Notes under the pieces: generated by a model
What the model was told of the DNA's origin: nothing
The model's input: only the letters and a program-made list of their open reading frames with translations
Databases searched by the model: none
Position numbers and translations under genes: made by a program
Shown: positions 39,913 to 50,532 of the stretch, in pieces
How the letters are laid out: every line of letters starts with the position of its first letter
How positions within the stretch are numbered: position 1 is the stretch's first letter
Source: an uncultured Parachlamydiaceae bacterium
GTDB lineage: Bacteria; Chlamydiota; Chlamydiia; Chlamydiales; Parachlamydiaceae
Reading direction: 5' to 3'
DNA: 64,000 nt
Assembly (NCBI GenBank): GCA_963752155.1
Contig: CAVVXH010000010.1
Location: 1 to 64,000 of the forward strand

Positions 39913-41676
39913 ATGCTTTCTTGGAAAAATAACGATGACCCTATATGGGTCTATCCAAAATCTGATTCAGCCTTAAAAGAAAGCATCATTAAAGAATTCA
40001 AGCTTCATCCTATCATTGCCCAAATTCTTGTTAATAGAGGTTTTACCTCATTGAAAGATATCCATGACTTTTTATATGCAAAGCTTCCGGACCTTCACGA
40101 TCCCTTTTTAATGGCTGAAATGCCACAAGCAGTGGAAAGAGTTTGCAGGGCTTTGCGAGAAGGGGAAAACATCTTAATTTACGGGGATAATGATGTCGAT
40201 GGTATGACAGGAACGGCATTACTTACGGAATTTTTGCAATACATCGGATGCAACGTCTATTTTTATGTCTCGACACGTACAGCATTACGTCAGCGCTTGA
40301 TTATTGAAGCTCTAGAATATGCTGTCATGAATAAGTGTTCATTATTGATTACTGTAGATTGTGGAATTACTGCAGCAGAGGAGATCGCTCAGGTAGTTAG
40401 GCAAGGAGTAGACGTCATTGTCACGGACCACCATGAACCGACGGATACGATCCCTCATTGTGTGGCAACGTTGAACCCCAAATTGTTGAATAATTCTTAT
40501 CCAAATCGTGATCTTACGGGTGTAGGAGTCGCCTTTAAATTTGCACATGGGATCATTAATCAGTTAGTCGCTGAAAATAAAATTTCTCCTAAAAAAGTGG
40601 ACTTAAAACGCTATCTAGATCTTGTTGCCTTAGGAACCATTTCCGATATGGGCGCCTTAGTAGGTGAAAATCGCATTTTGGTACGGTATGGATTGCGTCA
40701 GCTACGCAAAACAAAGCGAAATGGCCTTCTTAAATTGATGTCGATCTCTGATGTCGATTTAAATGAGCTTTCAGCCTTTGACATTGCCTCAAAGATAGCT
40801 CCTCGGCTTAATAGTTTGGGACGTATTGACGACCCTCAAAAGGGCGTTAAAATGCTTCTTGTTCGAAATGTTCTCATGGCAGAAAAAATGGCAATCGAGC
40901 TAGATCTTAATAATATTGAAAGACAAAAAATTGAGAGATCGATGAGCAATGAAGCTGAAAGTATGATTGCGATGAATCCAGATTTACTCAAACATAAAGC
41001 AATCATCCTTTCTTCTGAAAAGTGGCATCCAGGGATTATTGCTATTCTTTCAGCCAGAATTTCTCGTCATTATAACAAGCCCGTCATCATCATTGCCATC
41101 GATAATGGCGTTGGAAAGGGTTCTTTGCGTTCTATTCCAGAATTTCCTTTGCTGTCTCATTTAAAGGACTGCTCTGACATATTGCTCAATTTTGGAGGGC
41201 ATGATTTTGCCGCAGGGTTAACTCTTAAAGAGTCAAATATTGAAGAATTCAAACAACGGTTCATTGATGCAGCGGACAAAATTTTGACTGAAAATGATGT
41301 CATGACAAAGTTAGTGTTGGATTCAGAGGTGCATTTTGATGATTTAACATTTGATTTTATGGAGTCGATGCGGTTGTTGGAGCCCTATGGCAATGGGAAT
41401 TATCCACCGGTTTTATATTGCAATGCCAAGCAAGCGTGGCCTCCGAAAGTTGTTGGCAAAATGCATTTGAAATTCTATTTATTGGAATATTTTGATGCTG
41501 AGATGCGTACAGGGGAACGGATGCTTGAAGGAATAGCGTTTGGCCGAGCCTCAGATAGTTCAAGTTTAAGAAAGCGTAATCTTTTACTGGAAGTTGCTTT
41601 CACACCTCAAGTAAACAATTACCAAGGGCCTAGTATTCAATTGATGTTCAGGGGGTTTCGTGCGCGACCAGATTAA
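39913..41676 (+). CDS. recJ: Single-stranded-DNA exonuclease RecJ
   Basis: YGDNDVDG, TVDCG, TDHH, LGTISDM, PRLNSLGR, GGHDFAAG. Confidence 0.97.
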   Translation: MLSWKNNDDPIWVYPKSDSALKESIIKEFKLHPIIAQILVNRGFTSLKDIHDFLYAKLPDLHDPFLMAEMPQAVERVCRALREGENILIYGDNDVDGMTGTALLTEFLQYIGCNVYFYVSTRTALRQRLIIEALEYAVMNKCSLLITVDCGITAAEEIAQVVRQGVDVIVTDHHEPTDTIPHCVATLNPKLLNNSYPNRDLTGVGVAFKFAHGIINQLVAENKISPKKVDLKRYLDLVALGTISDMGALVGENRILVRYGLRQLRKTKRNGLLKLMSISDVDLNELSAFDIASKIAPRLNSLGRIDDPQKGVKMLLVRNVLMAEKMAIELDLNNIERQKIERSMSNEAESMIAMNPDLLKHKAIILSSEKWHPGIIAILSARISRHYNKPVIIIAIDNGVGKGSLRSIPEFPLLSHLKDCSDILLNFGGHDFAAGLTLKESNIEEFKQRFIDAADKILTENDVMTKLVLDSEVHFDDLTFDFMESMRLLEPYGNGNYPPVLYCNAKQAWPPKVVGKMHLKFYLLEYFDAEMRTGERMLEGIAFGRASDSSSLRKRNLLLEVAFTPQVNNYQGPSIQLMFRGFRARPD

Positions 41677-41686
41677 GGAGTTAGGA

Positions 41687-41898
41687 GAGAAAGATGCTGC
41701 GATATTAAGATATAAAGTATAGGAAAAAATTAAACGCAAAGGCACAAAGAGCACAAAGAGATCTTACGCGAAGAATCTTCAGTTTAAAGAAAAAATAGGT
41801 AATTTTTATACTTTATATGTAAGATCTCTTTGTGCCTTCGTTTCTTTGCGTTTAATTTTTCTTAGCATTCCGCATCAGTCGATTTTGTAATTTAGGAG
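41687..41898. repeat. Uninterrupted element A (~210 bp palindromic)
   Basis: GAGAAAGATGCTGCG...inverted arms...CAGTCGATTTTGTAATTTAGGAG, between convergent genes. Confidence 0.9.
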
Positions 41899-41914
41899 TT
41901 GAAATTTCCAGTTT

Positions 41915-42994
41915 TTAAATTTTTTGCAAAAACAAATTTTTCCATTTCTCAGCCATCGTTTTCCAAGTGTATTCTTTAAGAATAAAGTTTCCCATATCTT
42001 TGCGATTCTCTAAACTTATTTTATCAGCCTGAGACATCGCTTGGCAAAGTGTGTTGAAGTATTCAGCAGCATCGTAACATTTGTATCCATGCCGTACTGT
42101 TTCTGGCAAAGCCGAATTTTCTATGATGACAGGTATGGCTCCTGCTAATTGTGCTCGAAGAGCTGAAATACAAAAAACTTCGCAGCGAGTGCATGGATAA
42201 GTCCAAAATGAGGATTGACCATAAGCCCTATTCAATTCGCCGTGACTAACCAGACCGTGTTCCACGATGTCAAGCTCTGCACCATTTGTTATATGTTTGC
42301 GTAATTTAGTTTCTTTTTCCGGAGAAAGGAGGCCCCAATGTTGCCATCCATAATAAATATCGAGGGTTGCCCCAGGATATTGAAGTTTGACTTTGGGCCA
42401 GATATCTAACAAGATCTCTAAACCTCTGCTATAGTTGGATCCATAGATGCAAGAATAGGGGTTTTTGCGATTTTGAATTGGTTCGAATTGTTCTGGATTT
42501 ACACCATTGCCAAAAATCGGTTCAAATTTTGCAAATTCTGGATTTATTGAAATCCAATAGTCTCGTTGCCATTTTGAAAGCCATAAAACTCCATCAAATG
42601 CATGGATTTCTTTGGCAGATAGGCGGTGACTAAAGGCGTCGTGTGGCCAAAGATAGACTTTGCGGGCATATTTTTTAAGGAGTTCAGCACTCCATGGCAT
42701 ACGCCAGGCTATGGCAATATCGTAGAAGATTCCCTTGTCGTTGTTGTCTTCGCAAATCTCTATAAAACGTGGATTGCTTTCCGGCAAAGAGTGGGGAGAA
42801 TGTTTAGGAGGATTCCCTAAAACAGTGACTTTGTAGCCTAGTTTTGCAAGCTGTTGGGACATATAAATGACCGATTCTTCAGCCCCGGTAATCCCTGCAT
42901 TAATGCTATCGGGATCCCAGGATGGTGCCTCATCCACTTTATAGGTAACAATAACAATAGATGTGGCATTACTCGTCAAATCAGTCTGTTTCAT
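41915..42994 (-). CDS. Glycosyltransferase (GT-B, GT4-like), paralog 1
   Basis: GITGAEES, GNGV, YSRGLE, EVFCISALRAQLAG, ALPET. Confidence 0.85.
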   Translation of the reverse strand: MKQTDLTSNATSIVIVTYKVDEAPSWDPDSINAGITGAEESVIYMSQQLAKLGYKVTVLGNPPKHSPHSLPESNPRFIEICEDNNDKGIFYDIAIAWRMPWSAELLKKYARKVYLWPHDAFSHRLSAKEIHAFDGVLWLSKWQRDYWISINPEFAKFEPIFGNGVNPEQFEPIQNRKNPYSCIYGSNYSRGLEILLDIWPKVKLQYPGATLDIYYGWQHWGLLSPEKETKLRKHITNGAELDIVEHGLVSHGELNRAYGQSSFWTYPCTRCEVFCISALRAQLAGAIPVIIENSALPETVRHGYKCYDAAEYFNTLCQAMSQADKISLENRKDMGNFILKEYTWKTMAEKWKNLFLQKI

Positions 42995-44120
42995 CAGAAT
43001 GAACCGCTACAGCCTTATGAGAATCGAAAAGCTCCTTCCATTTTTCTGCGATTACTTTCCATGTATATTCCTTCAGAATAAAGTTTCCCATGGCTTTTCG
43101 ATCTTCAAGAGAGATTTGATCTGCATGAGCGAGCGCTTTGCTAAGCGTATCAAAGTATTCTGTTGTTGTTGAGCATTTGTAACCATGCCGGACTGTTTCG
43201 GGTAATGCCGATCCCTCGACAATGACAGGGATAGCTCCGGCTAACTGAGCCCGAATAGCAGTAATGCAGAAGACTTCAGGACAAAAGCAGGGATAGGTCC
43301 AAAATGAGGATCTTTCGTAAGCGCGGTTTAATTCCTCATGGCTAACAAGTCCATGTTCAGAAACATCCAGAGAAGCGTAGGAAGCGACTTGTTTGCGCAA
43401 TTTAGCTTCTTTTTCAGGAGAGAGGAGACCCCAGTGTTGCCATCCATAGTAGATGTCGAGTGTTGCTTTAGGGAATTGAAGTTTAATTTTTGGCCAGATA
43501 TCTAAGAGGACTTCTAAACCCCTGCTGTAGTTTGATCCATAGATACATGAATAGGGATTTTGCCGTTCTTGGAGAGGCTGAAATTGCTCAGGGTTTATTC
43601 CGTTGCCAAAAATGTGTTCAAATTGGGCAAGTTCAGGATTTCTAGCGATCCAGTATTCTCGCTGCCATTTAGAAATCCACAATACACCATCAAAACCATT
43701 AATTTCGTTGGCAGATAAACGATTGTCAAAAGTGTCATGAGGCCATAAGTAAACTTTGTGGGCATATTTCCTTATGGAATTTGCACTCCAAGGCATTCGC
43801 CAAGCAATGGCAATATCGTAGATCATGCCACTGCAGTAATTCATATCTACAAAACGAGGATTGCTTTGGGGAGTTGAGTGTCTTGAATTTTTGGGTGGAT
43901 CTCCTAGAACTGTCACTCGATACCCTAAATCAGCAAGATGTTGAGACATATAGATAACAGCTTCTTCGGAGCCTGTAATGCCGGATTTTATGCTTTCTGG
44001 ATCCCACGGGGTAGCTCCCCCCACTTTATAGGTGACGATGACGATTGATTCTGGCTGGTTTTCCCCAAAAATGGGTCCGTAAGTAAACAATGTGATGAGA
44101 AAAATAAAGAAAATCTGCAT
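42981..44120 (-). CDS. Glycosyltransferase (GT-B, GT4-like), paralog 2 with signal peptide
   Basis: Collinear with 41915..42994; hydrophobic N-terminus MQIFFIFLITLF. Confidence 0.85.
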   Translation of the reverse strand: MQIFFIFLITLFTYGPIFGENQPESIVIVTYKVGGATPWDPESIKSGITGSEEAVIYMSQHLADLGYRVTVLGDPPKNSRHSTPQSNPRFVDMNYCSGMIYDIAIAWRMPWSANSIRKYAHKVYLWPHDTFDNRLSANEINGFDGVLWISKWQREYWIARNPELAQFEHIFGNGINPEQFQPLQERQNPYSCIYGSNYSRGLEVLLDIWPKIKLQFPKATLDIYYGWQHWGLLSPEKEAKLRKQVASYASLDVSEHGLVSHEELNRAYERSSFWTYPCFCPEVFCITAIRAQLAGAIPVIVEGSALPETVRHGYKCSTTTEYFDTLSKALAHADQISLEDRKAMGNFILKEYTWKVIAEKWKELFDSHKAVAVHSDETD

Positions 44121-44227
44121 GGAATCCTCCCTGAATTCTTTTGCAGAGTATATGAATTATAGCTTTCACACAATAGGAATTTCAAAATATAAGGTATGGA
44201 GTATAAGAAAAATTCAACGAATTTTTC

Positions 44228-45685
44228 TTAGTATTCCGCATCAGTCGATTTTGTAATCTCCCTAGACATCCAGGTAATCTCAGGAATTTTATTGAGGACA
44301 AGTTTGAAAACTGCTGCAAATAAGATTAGAAAATAGAGGCTTTTGTATATAAGACCTACTTCAGGAATAAAATAGAGAAAAAGTTCGGTGACAAAAAAAA
44401 GAGCAAAAAGGGTGCCGTTGGTTTTCGAAAGGAAGATGTCGTAAGATTTTAATAAATGGAAAGCAAAGCCAGCCATGATCGTCTGTGCAAGGAATTCTGC
44501 AAATACTGATCCGGCTGCAGCCCCGATGAGAAGATAACGAGGAATGAGAATGACATTCAAAAGAATTTTAGAGCTTATGACAGCGAGAGTCACCCATAAT
44601 GCAAATTTAGAGGTTTTGTTAAGCCTGCATACAGAAGCGCACATTTCTCCGATTGCCATTAAGAAATAACTCGCTGCAAGGAGATAGATAATTTGGTTTT
44701 CATTCCCATATTCTGAGCCAGCAAAAATAAGTTGCAAAATCTCACCAATAAACAAAATAAATGCACTGAAAAGCACTACAATTCCTCCAAGATATAGTGT
44801 AAAATCTTTTTTCAGTTTTAAATACCCTTGTTGAATGTTTAAATTAAAAACTCTAAAAAGGGAAGGCTCCCACACAGTCATAAATGGCTGAACAATTCCT
44901 ATCCAGAGTCCCATGGCAAATTTATAGGCTACAGCATAGATTCCAACGTCAGTCATATTTACATAATAATTGATGAACAAGCGGTCAGAAAGCAACAGCA
45001 CCCATCCACTTAAAGCTGTGAGAATGAGAGGAGCGCCGAAACGAATCATTTTCCATAAAAGAGGGAGAGAAATAAAATTTTTGTAGTAGGGGAGCTGAAG
45101 AGATTTGATGTGATAGCCTACGATGAGTAAGGCTGAAGATTTGGTAATCAGAAATATGGTAATAAAGTCGGTCATGTTCCCGCCGCGCATCACAACGACA
45201 TAAAAGCTCAGTCCATGGTGTATCAGGGCGATGAAGATGGCGTTAATTGCTAAGGAGGTGATTTTACCTTCCACACGCAAATAAGAATTAATCAATGTGA
45301 GCATGTAGTCAGAAAATAAGGCAAAGGCATAGATGGAAATAAATAGGGCTGCATTTTGGTGTTGAAAAAAGAACGGAGAGATTTTCGAGGAAAAGAGGGT
45401 TGTCACAAGCGCAAAAGCTAAGATCCATAAGCCAAAAAAAAAGGCAGAAGCGAACACTTGCTTTTGTTCGAGTGTTTCTTTTGCATGGCTATAGAATACG
45501 TAAAAGGCTGTGTTCATTCCTACAAATAACAGAATGGACAATATGCCTTGATACGCTTCCAGGAGAGCTACAATTCCGTAGTCGGTAGCTCCTAGGGCCT
45601 TTGCATATAAAGGAAAAGCCAGAAAGCCTAGGGCATTTGGCACTGCGGTTGCTAATAGAGAAATCAGATAGGGTTTTAATTTCAT
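44228..45685 (-). CDS. Polysaccharide flippase (Wzx/MOP family)
   Basis: Many TMs, LGATDYG, SDRLFI, VGIYAVAYK, IGAAAG. Confidence 0.85.
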   Translation of the reverse strand: MKLKPYLISLLATAVPNALGFLAFPLYAKALGATDYGIVALLEAYQGILSILLFVGMNTAFYVFYSHAKETLEQKQVFASAFFFGLWILAFALVTTLFSSKISPFFFQHQNAALFISIYAFALFSDYMLTLINSYLRVEGKITSLAINAIFIALIHHGLSFYVVVMRGGNMTDFITIFLITKSSALLIVGYHIKSLQLPYYKNFISLPLLWKMIRFGAPLILTALSGWVLLLSDRLFINYYVNMTDVGIYAVAYKFAMGLWIGIVQPFMTVWEPSLFRVFNLNIQQGYLKLKKDFTLYLGGIVVLFSAFILFIGEILQLIFAGSEYGNENQIIYLLAASYFLMAIGEMCASVCRLNKTSKFALWVTLAVISSKILLNVILIPRYLLIGAAAGSVFAEFLAQTIMAGFAFHLLKSYDIFLSKTNGTLFALFFVTELFLYFIPEVGLIYKSLYFLILFAAVFKLVLNKIPEITWMSREITKSTDAEY

Positions 45686-45708
45686 TCAGGCAACGAATTT
45701 TATTCTGC

Positions 45709-46116
45709 TCATTTTTTCGGGAGGTCTGGTGTTAAATGGCCATGTTTTACAAGATAATATCCTCCAGCAAAATTGCTTATAAGACCCCCGATAAGTAATC
45801 CAACTGCACCGAAGCCTCCAGCGAAGGGTATGAGTGCAAAGCAACCCCCTCCAAGAGTAATAAAAGCTACCACTGAGACTTTTTTAAATAAAGTTTCCCA
45901 TCTAGAAGGTTTTTTTTCATCTACGTTTGCATTTGAATCGTTTTCAAAAGTTATTTTCCTGTCAGAATTAAGAGGATTACCATTTTGAGTTGAACCTTGC
46001 GGGAATTCAGGCACCTGCACCAAAGGAGGGACATTTGTTTTTTGAGGACCAGGAGATGCGGGAGGTATAGGATTTGTGTTTGTGTCTGTATTTGGATCTA
46101 TTGGATTATTGTACAT
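45709..46116 (-). CDS. Putative inclusion-membrane (Inc-like) protein
   Basis: AGGAGG SD; Pro/Asn/Thr-rich N-terminus; ~45 aa bilobed hydrophobic domain. Confidence 0.6.
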   Translation of the reverse strand: MYNNPIDPNTDTNTNPIPPASPGPQKTNVPPLVQVPEFPQGSTQNGNPLNSDRKITFENDSNANVDEKKPSRWETLFKKVSVVAFITLGGGCFALIPFAGGFGAVGLLIGGLISNFAGGYYLVKHGHLTPDLPKK

Positions 46117-46427
46117 AAGTTTCCTCCTTAAAATGGATAGTATGTATAACATATACTTTTATATTATACAGTATTTGAATTTAAATTGCAAATCTAAGTG
46201 GATAGAGTTACGTAGGCTTTATCCATCAATATAGCCCTAACACTACTTTTTTTTCACTCAAATATTCACTAAAAGGGATGCGCACACGGGCACGAAATAA
46301 TTTTCAAAAAATCGTTCTAATTTCATGTGCTCTGTAAGATGTCCTCTTTATTCTTTAATTATTCACAATTTATGTTGTAATTTTAAATATCCTGTGCTAC
46401 AGGTCAGGTAAAAATAAGGGGATAACT

Positions 46428-46943
46428 ATGAGAAATTTAACGAGAAATTCGGTGCCATCAAATCTTGCTGTCCCAAATCATTTGGGTGCAGATGCTTGTG
46501 ATGAGATCTCACAAGCCATAAACCCTCTAGTGGCAGATGCCTTTGCGCTCTATATAAAGACAAAAAATTTTCATTGGCATTTATCGGGAAGGCATTTTCG
46601 TGACTACCATCTTTTGTTCGATGAACAAGCCGATCAAATTTTTGCAATGATAGATGTGTTGGCAGAAAGGGTGCGTAAACTTGGTAGACTTACGATTCAT
46701 TCGATTAAGCAAATTAGCCAGTTGCAAAATGTTAAAGACGACCAAGACGTATTTGTTGAGCCACAAGAAATGGCGAGACGGTTACTTGTGGAAAATAGCA
46801 AATTAGCTGAGCGTATGCTTTCTGCTCATCAGGTTTGTGATAACTTTCAAGATGTCGCGACTGCTAGTATTCTGGAAGTTTATATTGACGAAGCTGAAAG
46901 GCGTGCTTGGTTTCTTTATGAAGTTCAATGTGATGAAGAATAG
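46428..46943 (+). CDS. dps: DNA starvation/stationary phase protection protein
   Basis: KTKNFHWH..G..F...HLLFDE, AERVR, D.AT, RAWFL. Confidence 0.95.
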   Translation: MRNLTRNSVPSNLAVPNHLGADACDEISQAINPLVADAFALYIKTKNFHWHLSGRHFRDYHLLFDEQADQIFAMIDVLAERVRKLGRLTIHSIKQISQLQNVKDDQDVFVEPQEMARRLLVENSKLAERMLSAHQVCDNFQDVATASILEVYIDEAERRAWFLYEVQCDEE

Positions 46944-46951
46944 AGATTAAA

Positions 46952-48595
46952 ATGAAAATCAGTCCATTGGCTGGAAAGCCGGCTCCATCGTCAATCCTTA
47001 TCGATATAACAAAATTACAAAATGCCTATTATTCGGAAATCCCTGATCCTTCAGTGAACGAACAGAGAGTTATTTTTGGCACTTCTGGACATCGAGGTTC
47101 TTCTTTTGATAAAGCATTTAATGAATGGCATATCCTAGCTATTACACAAGCGATTTGCTTATACCGCAAACAACAGAATATTAGCGGTCCTTTATATATT
47201 GGAATAGATACACATGCTCTATCTCAGCCTGCACTAAGAAATGCACTGGAGGTCTTGGCGGCAAATGATGTCCAAGTCATGCTTTCAGAAAAAGATGAAT
47301 ATACGCCGACTCCTGCGATATCTCACGCAATTTTATCTTACAATAAAGGACGCCAAAGTGGACTGGCGGATGGGATTGTGATCACTCCTTCGCACAATCC
47401 TCCTAACGAGGGGGGATTTAAATACGATCCACCAAGTGGAGGCCCAGCGGATCAAAATACGACGCGTTGGATTGAGACTAAAGCAAATGAATTTTTGCAA
47501 AATAGGCTTTCTGGAGTCTTGAGAATCAATTATGATAAAGCGTTGCAAGCCAAAACAACCCATAGACATAACTATTTAGAGGCCTATGTCAATGATTTGG
47601 CTAATGTCATAGATTTTGATCTTATTCGAAGTTCTGGAGTCAGTATGGGAGTAGATCCTCTCGGAGGAGCTAGCGTGCACTACTGGAAAGCAATTTCGGA
47701 ACGCTATCATCTGAATCTAACGGTTGTGCGTGAAACTGTCGATCCAACGTTTAGCTTTATGACCGTTGATTGGGACGGCAAAATACGGATGGACCCCTCT
47801 TCATCCTATGCCATGCAGAAATTAATAGGACTGAAGGATCGGTTTCAGGTCGCTTTTGCATGCGATACCGATGCGGATAGACATGGCATTGTGACCAAAA
47901 GTAGCGGGTTAATGCAACCCAATCACTATTTATCAGTGGCTATTTTTTATTTATTTCAACATAGACCTCATTGGAAAAAAACAGCAGCAGTTGGAAAGAC
48001 TGTCGTAAGCAGCCAGATGATTGATCGCGTGATAGCTAAGTTAAAAGGTAAACTATATGAAGTGCCGGTGGGTTTTAAATGGTTTGTTGATGGTTTGTTG
48101 GATGGATCTTTGGGATTTGGCGGTGAAGAAAGTGCCGGTGCATCTTTTGTTAGAATGGATGGATCTGTATGGACAACAGATAAAGATGGAATTATTGCAG
48201 CATTGCTAGCGGCAGAGATTACAGGAAAAATGGGGCGCGATCCAGGAGAAATTTACCAAAGTTTAACGAATGAATTAGGCACTTCATTTTATGAGCGTGT
48301 AGAGGCTGTAGCCACATTTGAGCAAAAGAAAGCATTAGGAAAAATTTCGGCGCAGCAAATACAAATTAAAGAGTTAGCAGGAGAAAAGATTGAATCGATA
48401 TTAACGAATGCCCCTGGGAATAATGCTCCGATAGGTGGAGTGAAGGTAAGTTCTAAGAATGGATGGTTTGCAGCACGACCATCAGGTACAGAGGACATTT
48501 ATAAGATTTACGGAGAAAGCTTTTTGAGCCAGGTTCATTTGAAGAGTATTTTAGAAGATGCTCAAACAATTGTGAATAGTGCACTGGTTGTATAG
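46952..48595 (+). CDS. pgm: Phosphoglucomutase (alpha-D-glucose-specific)
   Basis: FGTSGHRGSS, TPSHNPP, DTDADRH, GEESAG, RPSGTED. Confidence 0.97.
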   Translation: MKISPLAGKPAPSSILIDITKLQNAYYSEIPDPSVNEQRVIFGTSGHRGSSFDKAFNEWHILAITQAICLYRKQQNISGPLYIGIDTHALSQPALRNALEVLAANDVQVMLSEKDEYTPTPAISHAILSYNKGRQSGLADGIVITPSHNPPNEGGFKYDPPSGGPADQNTTRWIETKANEFLQNRLSGVLRINYDKALQAKTTHRHNYLEAYVNDLANVIDFDLIRSSGVSMGVDPLGGASVHYWKAISERYHLNLTVVRETVDPTFSFMTVDWDGKIRMDPSSSYAMQKLIGLKDRFQVAFACDTDADRHGIVTKSSGLMQPNHYLSVAIFYLFQHRPHWKKTAAVGKTVVSSQMIDRVIAKLKGKLYEVPVGFKWFVDGLLDGSLGFGGEESAGASFVRMDGSVWTTDKDGIIAALLAAEITGKMGRDPGEIYQSLTNELGTSFYERVEAVATFEQKKALGKISAQQIQIKELAGEKIESILTNAPGNNAPIGGVKVSSKNGWFAARPSGTEDIYKIYGESFLSQVHLKSILEDAQTIVNSALVV

Positions 48596-48599
48596 TAGA

Positions 48600-48767
48600 T
48601 GAGAAAGATTATAGGAAAAATTAAACGCAAAGACACGAAGGCACAAAGAGCACAAAGAGATCTTGCATGTAAAGTATAAAATTTACCTATTTTTTCTTTA
48701 AACTGAAGATTCTTTGCGTAAGATCTCTTTGTGCCTTCGTGCCTTTGTGTTGAATCTTTCCTATACG
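48600..48767. repeat. Element A variant with flipped spacer and two 'left' ends
   Basis: TATAGGAAAAATTAAACGCAAAG...CTTTGTGTTGAATCTTTCCTATAC. Confidence 0.85.
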
Positions 48768-48872
48768 TATCGGTAAATAAGATGGTAAGCGTTTAAGCGC
48801 TGATTTATATTGACCTAAAAAGATCAATAAAGAACTATGTTATATCCACCAGCAATAAAAGAGTCGATATAA

Positions 48873-50426
48873 ATGAAAAGTTTTTGCATCGCAGGACCTA
48901 TAAGTGAATCAAGGAATTATTTTGTACCTAAACGGCTTGATTGGCTTCAGTTAGAGACTTTAATTGATCAAATGCACTATTTTATTTTGCATGCACCTCG
49001 TCAAAGTGGAAAAACTTCTGCTATTTTAGAATTTGCCAAGCATTTGAATCAGCAAGCTAAATGCACTGCGTTATACATAACTACAGAGCCTGCTCATCCA
49101 GCAAAAAATGACATTGAACGAGCTTTTTTCTGGCTCTTGTCGCAATGTGAATCTCAGATTGCCATCCAGCTTCCGGATCAAAAGGAAATTCGCGACTTTT
49201 TACAACCCATTCTTAAAGAGCGCCCAATCTCTGAAGATGCTTTTTTTCGCTTTTTAACCTATTGGGCAGAATTTACTAAAAGGCCATTGATCTTTTTTTT
49301 TGATGAAATCGATGGACTTATTGAAAATACTCTCGTCTCATTACTCAAACAATTGCGTACGGGTTATACAAATCGGCCTGACCATTTTCCTCAGTCAATC
49401 TGTCTCATCGGTGTTCGCAATTTACAAGATTATAAACTTACCTCGATGGAAGAGGAAGAAAAAGGAATTTTACTCAGTCCTTTTAATATCGTAGCTGACT
49501 CTTTGTTTTTGCGAAATTTCTCTTTAGAACAAGTGTGGGATCTCTATGGTCAACATACCCAAGAAACGGGCCAATGTTTTACCCCCGAGGCCATTGAGTA
49601 CGTTTATTATCTTACGCAAGGACAACCCTGGCTTACCAATGCTCTAGCCTATCAAGTTTGTTTTAGAAATGAAATAGATCGCTCGAAGACTATTACTAAA
49701 GATAACATTGAAGTTGCAAAGGATCAACTTATTTTGAGAAACGACACACACATAAGTTCTCTCACTGAAAGACTCAATGAACCTCGAGTATGTAATATCA
49801 TTGATGCTATTATCAGTGGCTTAAGCGGTGCAGTTTCTCTAAATCCCGATGATATCCAGTACGTCCGGGATCTAGGTTTAGTCAAAACTGACAGTTGGGA
49901 AATTGCTAATCCTATTTACCAACAAATCATTCCACGAGCACTTACGCAAGTCTTGCAAGGGTTGATCAAAGTGGATTGTAGTTGGTATGTCGATAATTCC
50001 GGAAAACTTAATGTAATTAAATTACTTGAGAGTTTTACTGATTTTTTCAGAGAAAATGCTGAAGGATATCGAGCAAAAACTCCCTATTTAGAATCCTATC
50101 CACATCTTTTACTTATGTCCTATCTTCAACGTGTGGTCAATGGGGGAGGCATGATTCATCGAGAATATGGTGTAGGAAGAAAACGAGTTGATCTTTTAAT
50201 TGAATGGAAAAAAAGAGAGCGTTATATCATTGAAATAAAAATAAAATATGGTGAAGACACACTAAAAAAAGGCCTTAAGCAATCGGTTGAATATCTTGAT
50301 CTTTGCAAAGCTACAGAAGCACATCTTCTTATTGTGGATAGAAACTCTAAAAAAAGTTGGGAAGAGAGAATATCGAACGAGGAAGTAATTTTCGGTGGAA
50401 AAAAGATTCACGTATGGACCTTGTAA
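48873..50426 (+). CDS. AAA-like ATPase fused to C-terminal PD-(D/E)XK nuclease domain
   Basis: APRQSGKTS, FFDEID, C-terminal REY...RVDLLI...IEIK. Confidence 0.85.
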   Translation: MKSFCIAGPISESRNYFVPKRLDWLQLETLIDQMHYFILHAPRQSGKTSAILEFAKHLNQQAKCTALYITTEPAHPAKNDIERAFFWLLSQCESQIAIQLPDQKEIRDFLQPILKERPISEDAFFRFLTYWAEFTKRPLIFFFDEIDGLIENTLVSLLKQLRTGYTNRPDHFPQSICLIGVRNLQDYKLTSMEEEEKGILLSPFNIVADSLFLRNFSLEQVWDLYGQHTQETGQCFTPEAIEYVYYLTQGQPWLTNALAYQVCFRNEIDRSKTITKDNIEVAKDQLILRNDTHISSLTERLNEPRVCNIIDAIISGLSGAVSLNPDDIQYVRDLGLVKTDSWEIANPIYQQIIPRALTQVLQGLIKVDCSWYVDNSGKLNVIKLLESFTDFFRENAEGYRAKTPYLESYPHLLLMSYLQRVVNGGGMIHREYGVGRKRVDLLIEWKKRERYIIEIKIKYGEDTLKKGLKQSVEYLDLCKATEAHLLIVDRNSKKSWEERISNEEVIFGGKKIHVWTL

Positions 50427-50532
50427 GTAGTACAATCATTTTCAATAAATTAACCAGAATTCCTTGACTTGTAATCTTTGTTAATCTAGAATTAACGTGT
50501 CTATAATTCTTATAAATGAAGGAGCAAAATCA

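Noticed and set aside
48873..50426. Novel defence system
   Set aside because: AAA plus PD-(D/E)XK fusions are widespread, and no partner genes are adjacent.
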